From Candidatus Eremiobacteria bacterium (GTDB lineage: Bacteria > Vulcanimicrobiota > Vulcanimicrobiia > Vulcanimicrobiales > Vulcanimicrobiaceae), in NCBI GenBank assembly GCA_963737065.1, contig CAVTRC010000002.1, forward strand, positions 416,001-480,000: a stretch of 64,000 bases of DNA. The letters are read 5' to 3'. Numbering within the stretch: position 1 is the first letter of the stretch; each line of letters opens with the position of its first letter. The notes under the pieces were generated by a model. The model did not search any database, was not told where the DNA came from, and worked only from the letters and a program-made list of their open reading frames with translations. Positions 1 to 11,413 of the stretch are shown here, piece after piece. Both the position numbers and the translations under genes were made by a program.

Positions 1-1325
<1,325 letters not shown>

Positions 1326-1475
1326 CGCTTAAATCGCTCGAGTGTATGGCACTTGGGAGTTCTTCTCTGTACAGCTTTTGGAACCCAAACGGTTCGCGTC
1401 GTTTGGGGACCCAAACCAGTTTCCCACCGTGATCGGCTGGAGCTCAGGCTCGTCATCACGGTTGGGGATCAGATT

Positions 1476-1591
1476 TCTGGCGTCCATAGCGGCGGGGTCC
1501 CACCCGTTCCCATCCCGAACACGGCAGTTAAGCCCGCCAGCGCCAATGATAGTCGGACCGCAGGGTCCCTCGAAAGTAGGTCGACGCCAGA
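1476..1591 (+). rRNA. rrf: 5S rRNA
   Basis: TCTGGCGTC...CCCATCCCGAAC...AGTAGGTCGACGCCAGA with complementary ends, about 116 nt, downstream of 23S. Confidence 0.96.
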
Positions 1592-1602
1592 TTTAATCGA
1601 CC

Positions 1603-1640
1603 AAAAGCCCGCGCAGTTATGCAGCGGGCTTTTGTATTTT
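1603..1640 (+). terminator. Intrinsic terminator of rRNA operon
   Basis: AAAAGCCCGC...GCGGGCTTTT stem followed by a T-rich tail directly after 5S. Confidence 0.85.
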
Positions 1641-1744
1641 CGCCTACTGATAAGCGACGTAATTCAACGCCTTTGAATCGGTAGGCTCCTCGTTCTATCG
1701 TAGACCTGTCAGTCGATCATGAGACCAACGCGTCGTGCCAGCAC

Positions 1745-2335
1745 ATGAGAGAAACGATTATGTCGACGAGTCGCGCAGTCGCCGGGGTATCGGATCATGG
1801 TGGTTGGGCCGTCCTCGTGACGGTCGCATCGGACTGTACGTTGCTCGACCGCCGGCGGGTTGAGTTGGTCGACGAGAACCTTCCGGCTATTCCTCATCAC
1901 CACGAGGCGCAGCTGCTGCCGATCGATTCAGCGGTTGCTTTAGTCGAGCGCGTCCGCGATTCTGCGGAGCGGCATGCAGCACTTGCTCTTGACGCTGTGG
2001 CGGGCGCGGTGCCGGATATTGCGCGCATCGCGCTTCGCAGCTGTCCCTCGCTACCGCCAACGATCGCTGAGCGAATCACCGATTATCGTGCGAGTAACGT
2101 TGCGGACTGGGTCATGTACCGCAACGCTCTTGCGTCCGCTGCGCAGACGCGTGGGTGGGGCGTTGACTGGTACGATGCGAAGACGGTGCTAACGTCGGCG
2201 AGCCGCGTATTGCAGGTCGAGAACTTCGACTCGCATTTTCTCGAAATGCGCCGTGTGATTGGAGCGCCGTGGAACGCCGATCACAAGCTCGCGATGGCGG
2301 CGGCGATCGTTAGCGCCGCGGCAGGTCCGCCCTGA
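1745..2335 (+). CDS. Hypothetical protein (start may be 1760)
   Basis: 196-aa ORF with protein-like composition. No family recognised with certainty. Confidence 0.7.
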   Translation: MRETIMSTSRAVAGVSDHGGWAVLVTVASDCTLLDRRRVELVDENLPAIPHHHEAQLLPIDSAVALVERVRDSAERHAALALDAVAGAVPDIARIALRSCPSLPPTIAERITDYRASNVADWVMYRNALASAAQTRGWGVDWYDAKTVLTSASRVLQVENFDSHFLEMRRVIGAPWNADHKLAMAAAIVSAAAGPP

Positions 2336-2337
2336 TT

Positions 2338-2590
2338 CATAACCCGTCTACAAACCACCGTTCCCATTGACGAAACACGTCTTCGGAACGCACCGGACTC
2401 GCTCGGAAATGTCCGGCGACCGGCCAGACGACGAGCTTTACCTGCGTCCCGGTCGCACGTATATGCGGTCTCGCGTCAAGACATACGGCACTGTCGTCGT
2501 GAACGTCATTCCCGCAGTTCAGTATCGCGGTGGTCGTCTTCTAGTCGATCGTCGATCGCACGTACACGACGCGCGTAGCATCGGGCGCAA
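2338..2590 (-). pseudogene. Degenerate C-terminal fragment of an S9 (prolyl oligopeptidase-family) peptidase
   Basis: A minus frame without start reads KTTTAILNCGND...GTQVKLVVWPVAGHF...SPVRSEDVFRQWERWFVDGL*, resembling the catalytic Asp/His end of S9 peptidases. There is an in-frame stop upstream. Confidence 0.55.
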
Positions 2591-2630
2591 TTGACGGTGC
2601 TTGCACCGCCGCGATTTTCGAAGGCGACAC

Positions 2631-3791
2631 TTACTTTGGGCGAATCCGGTAGATCGCGCCTGTTTGATCGTCGGCGACGAAGAGTGAGCCTTCCGGTCCG
2701 ACCGCAATTCCGGTCGGACGCCCGATACGTTCGATCGTTCCACCGTTTTGGTAGCCGCCGACGAATTCGCTCCACTGCGTATTCGGATCGTTCCAGTCTA
2801 TTGCGCGCTCCGGATCGTCGCCATGCATCGCAACGAACACCACGCGCGGTGGAACGTATCCCGGCAGCCCGTTGCCCGGACCATGCCATGAACCGTGCAA
2901 TGTCACGAATGCACCGCCACGATATTGCGGGGGAAATTCATAGCGTCCGTGCGGGTTAGCCGGATAAAACGTTGCTCCGATCGGCGTCTCGTATGCCGGA
3001 AAGACGACGCGCGGAAGCGCCGCATGCGAACAGTCCGCCGGCCACCGCGGATGAACGCGGCGGTTCTCGTAGCAGCTTGGCCAGCCGTAATTTGCGGGCA
3101 ACGCATGGGCCGTCACGTCATCGAAGATTTCATACGGATGGCCGGGCGCGAGATCGTCGACGCCGGCGACTCCGGCCCACAACGCGTGCGTTTGCGGATC
3201 GATCGCGAGCGCGATTGCGTTGCGAATGTGCGTTGCGACCGGAGCGATGTTGTGATGCGCGATATCGACACGTTGAATCGTCGCGCGTGTTGCATCGAGT
3301 TCCGGCTCGCACGCGTTGCACGAGGATCCGACGCTCGCGTAGAGCGTTGAGCCGGTCCACGCTACGCTCGTCGTCTCGTGATCGCGTGCGATTCCCGAGG
3401 GGCGAACGCCGGCAAGTTTCTCGGGAGAGGATCGTGCGTGGCTATCGCCGGTATGGTAGGCGATGCGGTAGACGCCGAACTGCGTGCCGACGAAGAGCGC
3501 GTCGTCGGAAACGGCTACGCCGGCTGCGGGTTCGTTATCGAATTGCGCAAACGTTTGCGGTGCTGCCGGATCTGGACGACTCGGCGTGCTGGATGATATC
3601 GACCGTATTCCCGCTCGTGCCGACGAAGAGATCGCCGTTCTTCGCAATCGCCAATTCACGCGCGCCGTCGACCGTTGCGATGTGCTCGAGCGTAAAGCCC
3701 GAAACGATCGCGCGGTTCGCTCGGATCCGGCGGCTATCGTCGCGGTTGGGACGACGATCAGTGCAGCCGCGAGAACACTACGGGCGAACAC
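2631..3791 (-). CDS. Glucose/sorbosone dehydrogenase-like beta-propeller protein with two compensating frameshifts near the N-terminus
   Basis: Motifs LYASVGSSCNAC, IRNAIALA, NYGWP, GAFVTLHGSW, GRPTGIAVGPEGSLFVADD. The homologous segment GFTLEHIATVDGARELAIAKNGDLFVGT lies in another frame (~3575-3710). Confidence 0.8.
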   Translation of the reverse strand: MFARSVLAAALIVVPTATIAAGSERTARSFRALRSSTSQRSTARVNWRLRRTAISSSARAGIRSISSSTPSRPDPAAPQTFAQFDNEPAAGVAVSDDALFVGTQFGVYRIAYHTGDSHARSSPEKLAGVRPSGIARDHETTSVAWTGSTLYASVGSSCNACEPELDATRATIQRVDIAHHNIAPVATHIRNAIALAIDPQTHALWAGVAGVDDLAPGHPYEIFDDVTAHALPANYGWPSCYENRRVHPRWPADCSHAALPRVVFPAYETPIGATFYPANPHGRYEFPPQYRGGAFVTLHGSWHGPGNGLPGYVPPRVVFVAMHGDDPERAIDWNDPNTQWSEFVGGYQNGGTIERIGRPTGIAVGPEGSLFVADDQTGAIYRIRPK

Positions 3792-5060
3792 GATAGAGCG
3801 CTCCGGCCGTGTCGTCCGCTATAAACAAGCTGCCCTGAGAACCGATCGGCGAGTCCCGTCGGACGTCCGATCCGTGTCGTGCCGGACGATTGAAAGCCGG
3901 TGACAAATGCCTTCCACTGTTTGGTAGGGTCGCTCCAATTCACGGTTGTTTGCGGCGCGTCGCCGTTCATCGGAACGAATACGACTTGCGGAACGGCGAA
4001 ATAGCTGCCGTTGACTTCATGCCACGATCCGTGGGCCGCAAGAAACGCACCGCCGCGATATGTTGCCGGCAATGCATATGCGCCGCTCGCGGACGATGGA
4101 TAAAATACCGCGCCGATGATAGTCGAATACGCGGGAAGCTCGACGAGCGGTTCGACGGTGTTCGTGCAGTTCGCGCCGCTGCCGTAAGCTCGATGGTTTT
4201 CCTCGCACTGCGGCCAGCCGTAATCGGCGACACCCGCGTGCGAACTTACGTCGTCGAAGAATTCGTAGGGATGGCCGGTCGGAAGATCGTCTTGCCCTGC
4301 ATCGCCGGCCCAGAGGTGATTGCTTTGCGGATTCACTGCAAGCGCAATCGCGTTGCGAATGTGCACTGCTCGCGACGTCATCGAGCTCCGTCGAGCTGCA
4401 TCTGTTGGATCGTTGCGCGCGTTGGGTCCGTTTCCGTGCACGCGTTGCATGAAGAGCCGACGCTTGCATACACCGTTCCCGTTTGCAACGGCAACGCTCG
4501 TCGTCGAATGGCCGCCGCTGCTGCTCGTGCGCACGCTCGCAATCTTTGTAATTTTTTCCGCCGACGTGTCGCCGTCGCGATACGGAGTTGCGTAGACACC
4601 GGCCGTAGTACCGACGAATACGGTGCACGAGCTGCGATCGAATGCGACGCCTGCGGCGTCTGCGTCAGGCATCGTTGCAAACACGATCGGAGCTCCGGCG
4701 TTCGCTGCCGCTTCGGCGTTCGGCACGAGATACACCGTCGATGAGCTGGTGCCGACGAGCAGATCGCCGTTCGGGAGTGCCGCAAGCTCACGCGCGTGTG
4801 CGATCGATGCGATCGTTTCGATGTGCAGGCCGCCTGCAACGATCAAGCCCGATGGAGTGACTGGTGGCGATCCCGTCGCTCGCGGTTGTCATCGTCTTGC
4901 CGGAGCACGCCGACGCTGATGCTGGTGCGCTCGAAGTTGGCGTAGGAGACGAGCTGGCAGGAGAGCCGTCGTCCGGACCGCTCGCGCCGGATGCGCCTCC
5001 ACCTCCGCATCCGGCGGTAAGCGCTGAGAAGAGGAGCAAGGACGCGAATGCGGCTTTCAC
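3778..5060 (-). pseudogene. Lipoprotein glucose/sorbosone dehydrogenase-like paralog, frameshifted (or sequencing errors)
   Basis: Lipobox LTAGC in ORF 4788-5060. The body is split over frames by indels near 4873, 4480, 4385 and 3848. The repaired C-terminus IGSQGSLFIADDTAGALYRVRP* matches the neighbouring paralog. Confidence 0.75.
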
Positions 5061-5136
5061 GCGCTAACGCTTCAGCATGCTATGCGAATGCACCAAGCGA
5101 GCAAATCAGATTGTCGGTTGACGATGGCGTGGTTCT

Positions 5137-6405
5137 TCACATGGCGGATGTACCCGCCGCAAGCCCGACCAGTGCCGTTCGTTCGAAAGCCGACCGAAAA
5201 AACTGCGGCGAAAGATTCGTCTCGCCGGCTAATCGCTCGAGATTCGTCGGCTCGAGATCTTCAGGCGTCAGTCGAACCATGTAGTCGCGTGCGACGGCAT
5301 ACGCTTCAGCATGGACGTCAACGAGGCGCGTGCGGATGCGTCCCGTGGACGGATCGACGAGCTCATCGAGCCGGACGGGATGCAATCGCCCGCCGGAAAG
5401 CGCGATGAGCGAGCCGCTTTCTCCCGAGAGAAGGTAACGAACCGCGCCGTAGCCGAGCGTCCTGGTGTAATCGAGGTCGAATGGAACCGGCCGCGCGCAG
5501 CGCAGCTCGTAGCCGACGTCTTTTGTGAGCACGGTCGTTTGCACGCCGAGCTCTTGTAAACGGCTGCGCACGCCGTCACGAAGAAGTGGACCAATGGGAA
5601 CGTCGGCAAGCCGAACGTGCCCGTACGCGTCGCGCTCGACGTTCTCCAGCGCAGCGAGAGCCTCGGCTGACACGCGTTCGATGATGCCTTCCGCCACAAC
5701 GGCGACGCCGTAGCCGCGTCCTTGCGTGCGTCGCTTCACGATCGCGCCGACGATCGTGTCGATCACTAAATGAAGGTCGAGTTCGTCGCCGGGAAATTCT
5801 TCCGGTATGACGGCGAGCGTTGCACCCGCGGACTTGCACATCCCGAGCGCAAGCGCTCCCGATTTGCGCCCCATGCACACGACGATGTACCAGCGCACGG
5901 TTGTCCGGGCGTCTTCGATCAAGCTCTCGATGATTTCTGTGCCGACCGAACGGGCCGTTTCAAAGCCGAACGTCGGCGCGTTTTCCGGAAGCGGAAGATC
6001 GTTATCGATCGTCTTCGGCACGGTACACACTCCGATGGATCCATTCGTACGTTCGGCGATCCGCGCCGCTCCGAATGTCGTGTCGTCGCCGCCGATGCAG
6101 AGGAGATACCGCGCGCCGAGCGCCTCGATCGATCGAACGCAACGGTCGAGCGTTTCTTCGTCTTTCGCGGGATTCGTTCGCGACGTCCGAAGGATCGAAC
6201 CGCCGCGCGTATGATTTTGCGCGACGTAATCGATCGTAAGCTCAATCGTCTTCGGCGGTGTACCGGCAGCAAGGTCGCGGTAACCGTCGTAGATGCCGAT
6301 GACGCGCAAGCCGCAATTGATCGCTTCGATCGCGGCAGAGGCAATGACGCCGTTGATCCCCGGTGCCGGACCCCCGCCGACGAGTATTGCGAGAGTATCG
6401 CTCAT
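5137..6405 (-). CDS. pfp: Pyrophosphate-dependent phosphofructokinase
   Basis: GGGPAPGIN, GGDDT and PKTIDND (Asp/Lys signature of PPi-using PFKs), MGR. Confidence 0.9.
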   Translation of the reverse strand: MSDTLAILVGGGPAPGINGVIASAAIEAINCGLRVIGIYDGYRDLAAGTPPKTIELTIDYVAQNHTRGGSILRTSRTNPAKDEETLDRCVRSIEALGARYLLCIGGDDTTFGAARIAERTNGSIGVCTVPKTIDNDLPLPENAPTFGFETARSVGTEIIESLIEDARTTVRWYIVVCMGRKSGALALGMCKSAGATLAVIPEEFPGDELDLHLVIDTIVGAIVKRRTQGRGYGVAVVAEGIIERVSAEALAALENVERDAYGHVRLADVPIGPLLRDGVRSRLQELGVQTTVLTKDVGYELRCARPVPFDLDYTRTLGYGAVRYLLSGESGSLIALSGGRLHPVRLDELVDPSTGRIRTRLVDVHAEAYAVARDYMVRLTPEDLEPTNLERLAGETNLSPQFFRSAFERTALVGLAAGTSAM

Positions 6406-6521
6406 GCGCGAAGAAATGCACTCCGCCGATGGAGCTTTCCTATGCTGCTATGTGCTTGAATCTCTTCGGCACGCGATAAAAACGGCTCGATTCGTGTACG
6501 AATCGAGCCGTGAGAAGGTTG

Positions 6522-6923
6522 TTACGGAGCGGGTGAAGGCGACGCGAGCGGGGCGCCGTTTTGACCGCCGTGCTGTTGCCATTCTTGGCGCATCTTTTGT
6601 CTGTTCGCTTGCGCCTGCGCGCGCTGATCGGGCGTCAAGACGTTCATGATCTGTTGCTGAAGTTGCTGACGCGCTTGGGGATCCGGTTGGCTCCCTCTCG
6701 GATGCGCCTGACGGTATTGCTGCCTCAGCATTTGGATTTGCTGTTTTTGCTGGTCCGAGAGGTTCACGCCTTGTAACCAGCGGATGCCGCCGCGATGGTG
6801 GCCGTACGCGTCCTGCGACGCACCCGGCTGGGACTGAGCCGGAGCTTGCTGCGCACAACCAACGATAGGAAGACCGATCGCCACGGCGAGAGCCCCGGAA
6901 AGAAGAAACGGGGAGAATTTCAT
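6522..6923 (-). CDS. Spy/CpxP-family exported protein (LTXXQ motifs)
   Basis: Signal peptide with possible lipobox IVGC, LSDQQKQQI and VLTPDQR motifs, Gln-rich. Confidence 0.8.
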   Translation of the reverse strand: MKFSPFLLSGALAVAIGLPIVGCAQQAPAQSQPGASQDAYGHHRGGIRWLQGVNLSDQQKQQIQMLRQQYRQAHPRGSQPDPQARQQLQQQIMNVLTPDQRAQAQANRQKMRQEWQQHGGQNGAPLASPSPAP

Positions 6924-6986
6924 TGGCTCATCCTAAACGCGGCGGTTGAAGCTTGCCTGAAACCCGCATTAGAGAAAGGAGAGAGG

Positions 6987-7421
6987 ATGGAAACCGGCAC
7001 GCTGGTCTGCTATACCGAGCATGTGACCGTGAAGACGGAACGGCGCTACGAGATCCGCGACATCACCGAAGAGGTCGAACGCGTTCGCGAAGCCGCATTC
7101 TTAAAAGACGGGTACGTTCTCGTGAGCACGATGCATATTACGTCGAGCATCTTCGTCAACGATCACGAATCAGGATTGTGGCAAGACATCATGCAATGGC
7201 TCGAAGAACTTGCGCCGCGCAAACCTGACTACAAGCACCACTTAACCGGCGAAGACAACGCGGATGCGCATTTGAAACGCATGCTGCTCGGTCATCAGGT
7301 GCTCGTTCCGGTCACGAACGGCGCGCTCGATCTTGGTCCGTGGGAGCGCGTGCACTACGGCGAATTCGACGGTCAACGCCCGAAGCGGATCCTCCTCAAA
7401 GCGATGGGCATCGGCGGCTGA
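6987..7421 (+). CDS. yjbQ: YjbQ/UPF0047 family protein
   Basis: H-T-S motif, EDNADAHLK, LGPWE, EFDGQRPK. Purine-rich SD precedes ATG 6987. Confidence 0.9.
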   Translation: METGTLVCYTEHVTVKTERRYEIRDITEEVERVREAAFLKDGYVLVSTMHITSSIFVNDHESGLWQDIMQWLEELAPRKPDYKHHLTGEDNADAHLKRMLLGHQVLVPVTNGALDLGPWERVHYGEFDGQRPKRILLKAMGIGG

Positions 7422-7460
7422 ACGCCGCATATTCTAGAGGTGCTTGGAATTCGACCGGCA

Positions 7461-9068
7461 CTAGCGCTTCGGCTTGATTGCGACCGCTTTTACTGCGTCG
7501 TTTGCGTGCGATTCGAAGCGCTTGAAGTTATCGAAGAAGAGGTGCGCGAGTTTATCGGCCTGCGCGTCGTACGCGTTCTTGTCGGTCCAAACGTTGCGCG
7601 GATTCAGAACATCGCTCGGAACGCCGGGCACACTCTTTGGAATTGCGAGACCGAAAAACGGCTCGTGCTCGAACTCGTTCGGGATACGTCCTTCGATTGC
7701 GGCGTTGACCATTGCGCGCGTGTGCGCGATGGACATCCGCTTACCGATGCCGTACGGCCCTCCGCTCCACCCCGTGTTCACGAGCCAGCACTCGACATCG
7801 TGTTCGTCGATCTTGCGGCCCAGCAGTTTCGAATAGACGGTTGGGTGATGCACCATGAACGGGGCGCCGAAACACGTCGAAAACGTTGCTTGCGGCTCGG
7901 TGACGCCACGCTCGGTTCCGGCGACTTTCGCCGTGTACCCGGAGAGGAAGTGATACATCGCCTGTTCGCGCGTCAACTTCGAGATAGGCGGCAGCACGCC
8001 GAACGCATCGGCGGTCAGCATGATAATCGTATTCGGGTGGCTGCCCATGCTTGCGGGAACGATATTCGGGATGAACGACAACGGATATGCCGAACGCGTG
8101 TTTTCGGTCTTCGCGTCAGAATTCACGTCGAGTTCCCGCGTCCGTTCGTCGTAGACGACGTTTTCGATGACCGTTGAAAAATGATTCGTCGCCGCCCAGA
8201 TTTCCGGTTCCGCGGTCGGCGATAGTCGAATGACCTTCGCGTAGCAGCCGCCTTCGAAGTTAAAAACGCCGTCGCTCGACCAACCGTGTTCATCGTCGCC
8301 GATGAGCGGGCGGTGAGGATCCGACGAGAGCGTCGTCTTGCCGGTACCGGAGAGACCGAAGAAGATGGCGACGTCGCCATCCTCGCCGACGTTTGCCGAG
8401 CAGTGCATGGGCAGCGTGTCGCGCAGGGGAAGCAGATAGTTCATTACGGTGAAAACCGACTTTTTAATTTCGCCGGCATACTTCGTCCCACCGATCAGGA
8501 TCATCCGTTTCTCGAAATTCACCAGAATGAATGTCGAGCTGCGCGTGCCGTCGCGTTGAGGATCCGCTTCGAAGAGCGCCGCGTCGACGACCGTAAAGTC
8601 GGGAACGAATCCGGGAACCGGTTTCTCGGGCGTAATGAACAGGTGGTGCGCGAAGAGATTGTGCCAGGCAAATTCGGTGTACACGCGGATCGGCACGCGA
8701 TAGCGTTCGTCCGCGCCGACATAGGCGTCGAGCGCATAAACGTCGCGCTCCGAAAGATACGCGCGAACCTTCTCCCAGAGGTTATCGAAGACTGCCGCAT
8801 CGATGGGCGCGTTCGTATCGCCCCAATCGATATGCTCTTCGCTCGAACGTTCTTTGACGAAGGCTTTGTCTTTCGGCGAGCGGCCCGTGTGCGGGCGCGT
8901 GTCAACGATAAACTGTCCGTCTTTTCCAAGGATACCCTCACCACGCCGGAGCGCATGTTCAATCAGTTCGGGCGGTGTGAGATTCTCCCACAACGTAGCG
9001 GCTTCGAGTTTCTCCGGAACGGTTAGGATGATTTGGTCCCTCGTAACGTGTGCCTTGGAAAGTATCAC
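7461..9068 (-). CDS. pckA: Phosphoenolpyruvate carboxykinase (ATP)
   Basis: [46 protein letters not shown]. Confidence 0.98.
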   Translation of the reverse strand: MILSKAHVTRDQIILTVPEKLEAATLWENLTPPELIEHALRRGEGILGKDGQFIVDTRPHTGRSPKDKAFVKERSSEEHIDWGDTNAPIDAAVFDNLWEKVRAYLSERDVYALDAYVGADERYRVPIRVYTEFAWHNLFAHHLFITPEKPVPGFVPDFTVVDAALFEADPQRDGTRSSTFILVNFEKRMILIGGTKYAGEIKKSVFTVMNYLLPLRDTLPMHCSANVGEDGDVAIFFGLSGTGKTTLSSDPHRPLIGDDEHGWSSDGVFNFEGGCYAKVIRLSPTAEPEIWAATNHFSTVIENVVYDERTRELDVNSDAKTENTRSAYPLSFIPNIVPASMGSHPNTIIMLTADAFGVLPPISKLTREQAMYHFLSGYTAKVAGTERGVTEPQATFSTCFGAPFMVHHPTVYSKLLGRKIDEHDVECWLVNTGWSGGPYGIGKRMSIAHTRAMVNAAIEGRIPNEFEHEPFFGLAIPKSVPGVPSDVLNPRNVWTDKNAYDAQADKLAHLFFDNFKRFESHANDAVKAVAIKPKR

Positions 9069-9120
9069 AGTTTTTCACCCCCGCAGGCCTCGCCTGCTGC
9101 AATTTCCAATGCAACGGCCG

Positions 9121-10290
9121 ATGCCCAAGCGATTGACGTATAGCCTTGCACTCGTAGCGGCTCTGTTTTTAGCGGCCGCGGGCGGCGCGCAAGCCGTGCT
9201 GCCATTCCATTTCGGATTATATCCCACCGGACCGCTCGACGGCATTACGGACATCCCCGGCGTTCGCGTCGGCCAGGTGACATTAGTCGAAGGCAGCGAC
9301 GTTCGAACCGGGGCTACCGGTATTCTTCCCAATAGCGACCCGTGGAATAACAAGGCTTCTGCGGCGGCGGTCGCTTTCAACGGTAACGGCGAAATGACGG
9401 GAACGCACTGGATCAACACCGCCGGGTATTTGGAAGTGCCGATCGTCCTAACGAATACCCTCAACGTCGGCCTCGCTGACGATGGCGTTGTGGACTGGAT
9501 GATTCGCCATTATCCAAACGTCGGCCGCAGCGATGACGTACCACTTCCGGTCGTCGCGGAGTGCGATGATCAGTTGCTCGATAACATTCAGTTGCGCAGC
9601 GTCAAGCAAGCGAACATCGTGACGATGCTTGACGACGCGAAGGAAGGGCAATTTGCGCGCGGCAGCGTTGGGGCCGGCACCGGCATGCGCGCATTCGGAT
9701 TCAAGGCCGGTATCGGATCCGCCTCGCGCGTGTTGCCCGCCACCCTCGGTGGCTATCGCGTCGGCGTTCTCGTTAACGACAACACCGGAAGCTCGCGTGA
9801 AGCGCTCACGATCGTCGGTGTTCCGGTCGGCGCGAAGCTGAAAAACGAATACAAGACCGTTTTCCCGCAACATATATCCGAAGCGACGTTGCACGGGCGC
9901 ATGGAGAGCGGAAGCATCATCATCGTAATCGCGACGAATGCGCCGCTCGATAGCCAACAACTTCACGCGATCGCGATGCGAGCGGCGCTCGGCATGGGAC
10001 GCACCGGCCTTACGTCCGATGTCGGAAGCGGAGATCTCTTCGTCGCATTTTCCACCGGGTACGTCTTCAAACGCACGGCAGAATGGAACATCGTTGCTCC
10101 GTCGACGCAAATCGTAGAGGATAATGCCACGCTCAATGCGCTCTACCGCGCAACGGCTGAAGCCACGCAAGCCGCGATTTACGACGCGCTGTTCGAAGCG
10201 AAGACCATGACGGGAAATGGATCCACGGTCTACGGATTGCCCGACGATCGCGTGTTGCAGATGCTGCGAACGGCGGGCGCTATCCAATAA
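9121..10290 (+). CDS. DmpA/P1-family (S58) aminopeptidase, exported (start may be 9108)
   Basis: ITDIPGVRVG, NGNGEMTG, PVVAECDD, GSVGAGTG, GS|IIIVIATNAP autoproteolysis site, signal peptide. Confidence 0.9.
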   Translation: MPKRLTYSLALVAALFLAAAGGAQAVLPFHFGLYPTGPLDGITDIPGVRVGQVTLVEGSDVRTGATGILPNSDPWNNKASAAAVAFNGNGEMTGTHWINTAGYLEVPIVLTNTLNVGLADDGVVDWMIRHYPNVGRSDDVPLPVVAECDDQLLDNIQLRSVKQANIVTMLDDAKEGQFARGSVGAGTGMRAFGFKAGIGSASRVLPATLGGYRVGVLVNDNTGSSREALTIVGVPVGAKLKNEYKTVFPQHISEATLHGRMESGSIIIVIATNAPLDSQQLHAIAMRAALGMGRTGLTSDVGSGDLFVAFSTGYVFKRTAEWNIVAPSTQIVEDNATLNALYRATAEATQAAIYDALFEAKTMTGNGSTVYGLPDDRVLQMLRTAGAIQ

Positions 10291-10295
10291 CATCG

Positions 10296-10787
10296 ATGGC
10301 GTTCATCGAAACCGAGCGATTGATTCTGCGCACCTGGATGCCGAGCGATGCAGCAGCAGTGCTCGAAATTTTTTCCGACCCGGAAGCGACGCGCTTGTTA
10401 CCGCTGTCGAGGCAGCCGACGGTCGAAAGCGTGCGCGCGTGGATCGACCGGCAAATGGAAGAACAGGAAAGCGAAGGCTTTTCACTATGGCCCGTAATCC
10501 GAAAGCAAGACAGCCGCCTCATCGGATGGTGCGGACTGCATCGCGTGCCGGACGGTTACACGGAAATCGTTTGGGTTCTGCAGCGCGCGGCGTGGGGACG
10601 CGGTTATGCAAGCGAGGCCGCGCGCGCTGTTGCGCGGTACGCGCGTGACACACTGCGACTGCGGAACGTGTACGCGCTCATCGATCCCGCGAACCACGCT
10701 TCCGTCGCGGTTGCCTACGGGCTCGGGATGCGTTTCGATCGCGTCGTGCGCGCCTATAAGCGCGATCTTTTGCGATACGTGCTATGA
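10296..10787 (+). CDS. GNAT N-acetyltransferase (RimJ/RimL type)
   Basis: IETERLILR, WGRGYASEAA, N..S..V...LGM. Confidence 0.92.
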   Translation: MAFIETERLILRTWMPSDAAAVLEIFSDPEATRLLPLSRQPTVESVRAWIDRQMEEQESEGFSLWPVIRKQDSRLIGWCGLHRVPDGYTEIVWVLQRAAWGRGYASEAARAVARYARDTLRLRNVYALIDPANHASVAVAYGLGMRFDRVVRAYKRDLLRYVL

Positions 10788-10818
10788 ACGATCGTACCGC
10801 ATCCCAGCGAAAACCGGC

Positions 10819-10872
10819 TTGACGCGCAACCGGCTTCTTTGGTATGCTCGCTGCGTCCTGGTGAATTAGGAC
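10819..10872 (+). promoter_or_regulatory. Sigma70 promoter and putative YtrA-type operator for the GntR gene
   Basis: TTGACG (10819-24)-N18-TATGCT (10843-48) with upstream TG, followed by imperfect palindrome GTCCTGGTGAATTAGGAC (10855-72). Confidence 0.55.
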
Positions 10873-10883
10873 ACCGATACATC

Positions 10884-11276
10884 ATGAAAGTGGCGTCGCT
10901 CTTTGTCGACGACGCATCCGCGCTTCCGGTATACGCGCAGTTGCAGCAGCAGTTCATCGCCGCGATCGGACGAGGCGAACTGCGGCGCGGCGAGCAGCTA
11001 CCGAGCGTGCGTGACGTCGCCGCTGCGCTCGGAATCAATCCGAATACGGTGAACCGCGCGTATGGGGAGCTCGAGCGCGACGGGGTGGTCGCCACGAAGC
11101 GCGGACGCGGAACCTTCGTCGCAAGCGCAAGAAGCGGAAGCGACGCGAAGCCGTTAGTCGAGGTCGCGGAGCGATTCGTCGCCCACGCGCGGTCGCTCGG
11201 ATACGAAGGAACGCAAATCGTGACGTCGGTGCGTGAGGCCGTCGCACGGTCGAAAGCACGAAGGAGCAGCGTATGA
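10884..11276 (+). CDS. GntR-family regulator, YtrA subfamily
   Basis: PVYAQL...LPSVRDVAAALGINPNTVNRAYGELE...RGRGTFV with short C-terminal domain. Confidence 0.93.
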   Translation: MKVASLFVDDASALPVYAQLQQQFIAAIGRGELRRGEQLPSVRDVAAALGINPNTVNRAYGELERDGVVATKRGRGTFVASARSGSDAKPLVEVAERFVAHARSLGYEGTQIVTSVREAVARSKARRSSV

Positions 11277-11413
11277 ATTCATTTGTCGTATTCGGAATTA
11301 TCGGATTTGCGATCTGGTGGGTACACCGGTTCACCGAACGGCGCCGGCGTCCGTCACGAGCAACGGACGACGCGTTCTCGCATGCCCTGCTCCCGTCGAA
11401 GGACTGGAACTAG
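11273..11413 (+). CDS. 46-aa small membrane protein (not in ORF track)
   Basis: MNSFVVFGIIGFAIWWVHRFTERRRRPS...KDWN*. AAGGAG SD, ATGA overlap with the GntR stop, and it exactly fills the gap to the convergent gene. Confidence 0.65.
   Translation: MNSFVVFGIIGFAIWWVHRFTERRRRPSRATDDAFSHALLPSKDWN

Noticed and set aside
1384..1468. Two hairpins in the 23S-5S spacer as a possible tRNA or sRNA
   Set aside because: No cloverleaf or T-loop. Consistent with ordinary spacer/processing stems.
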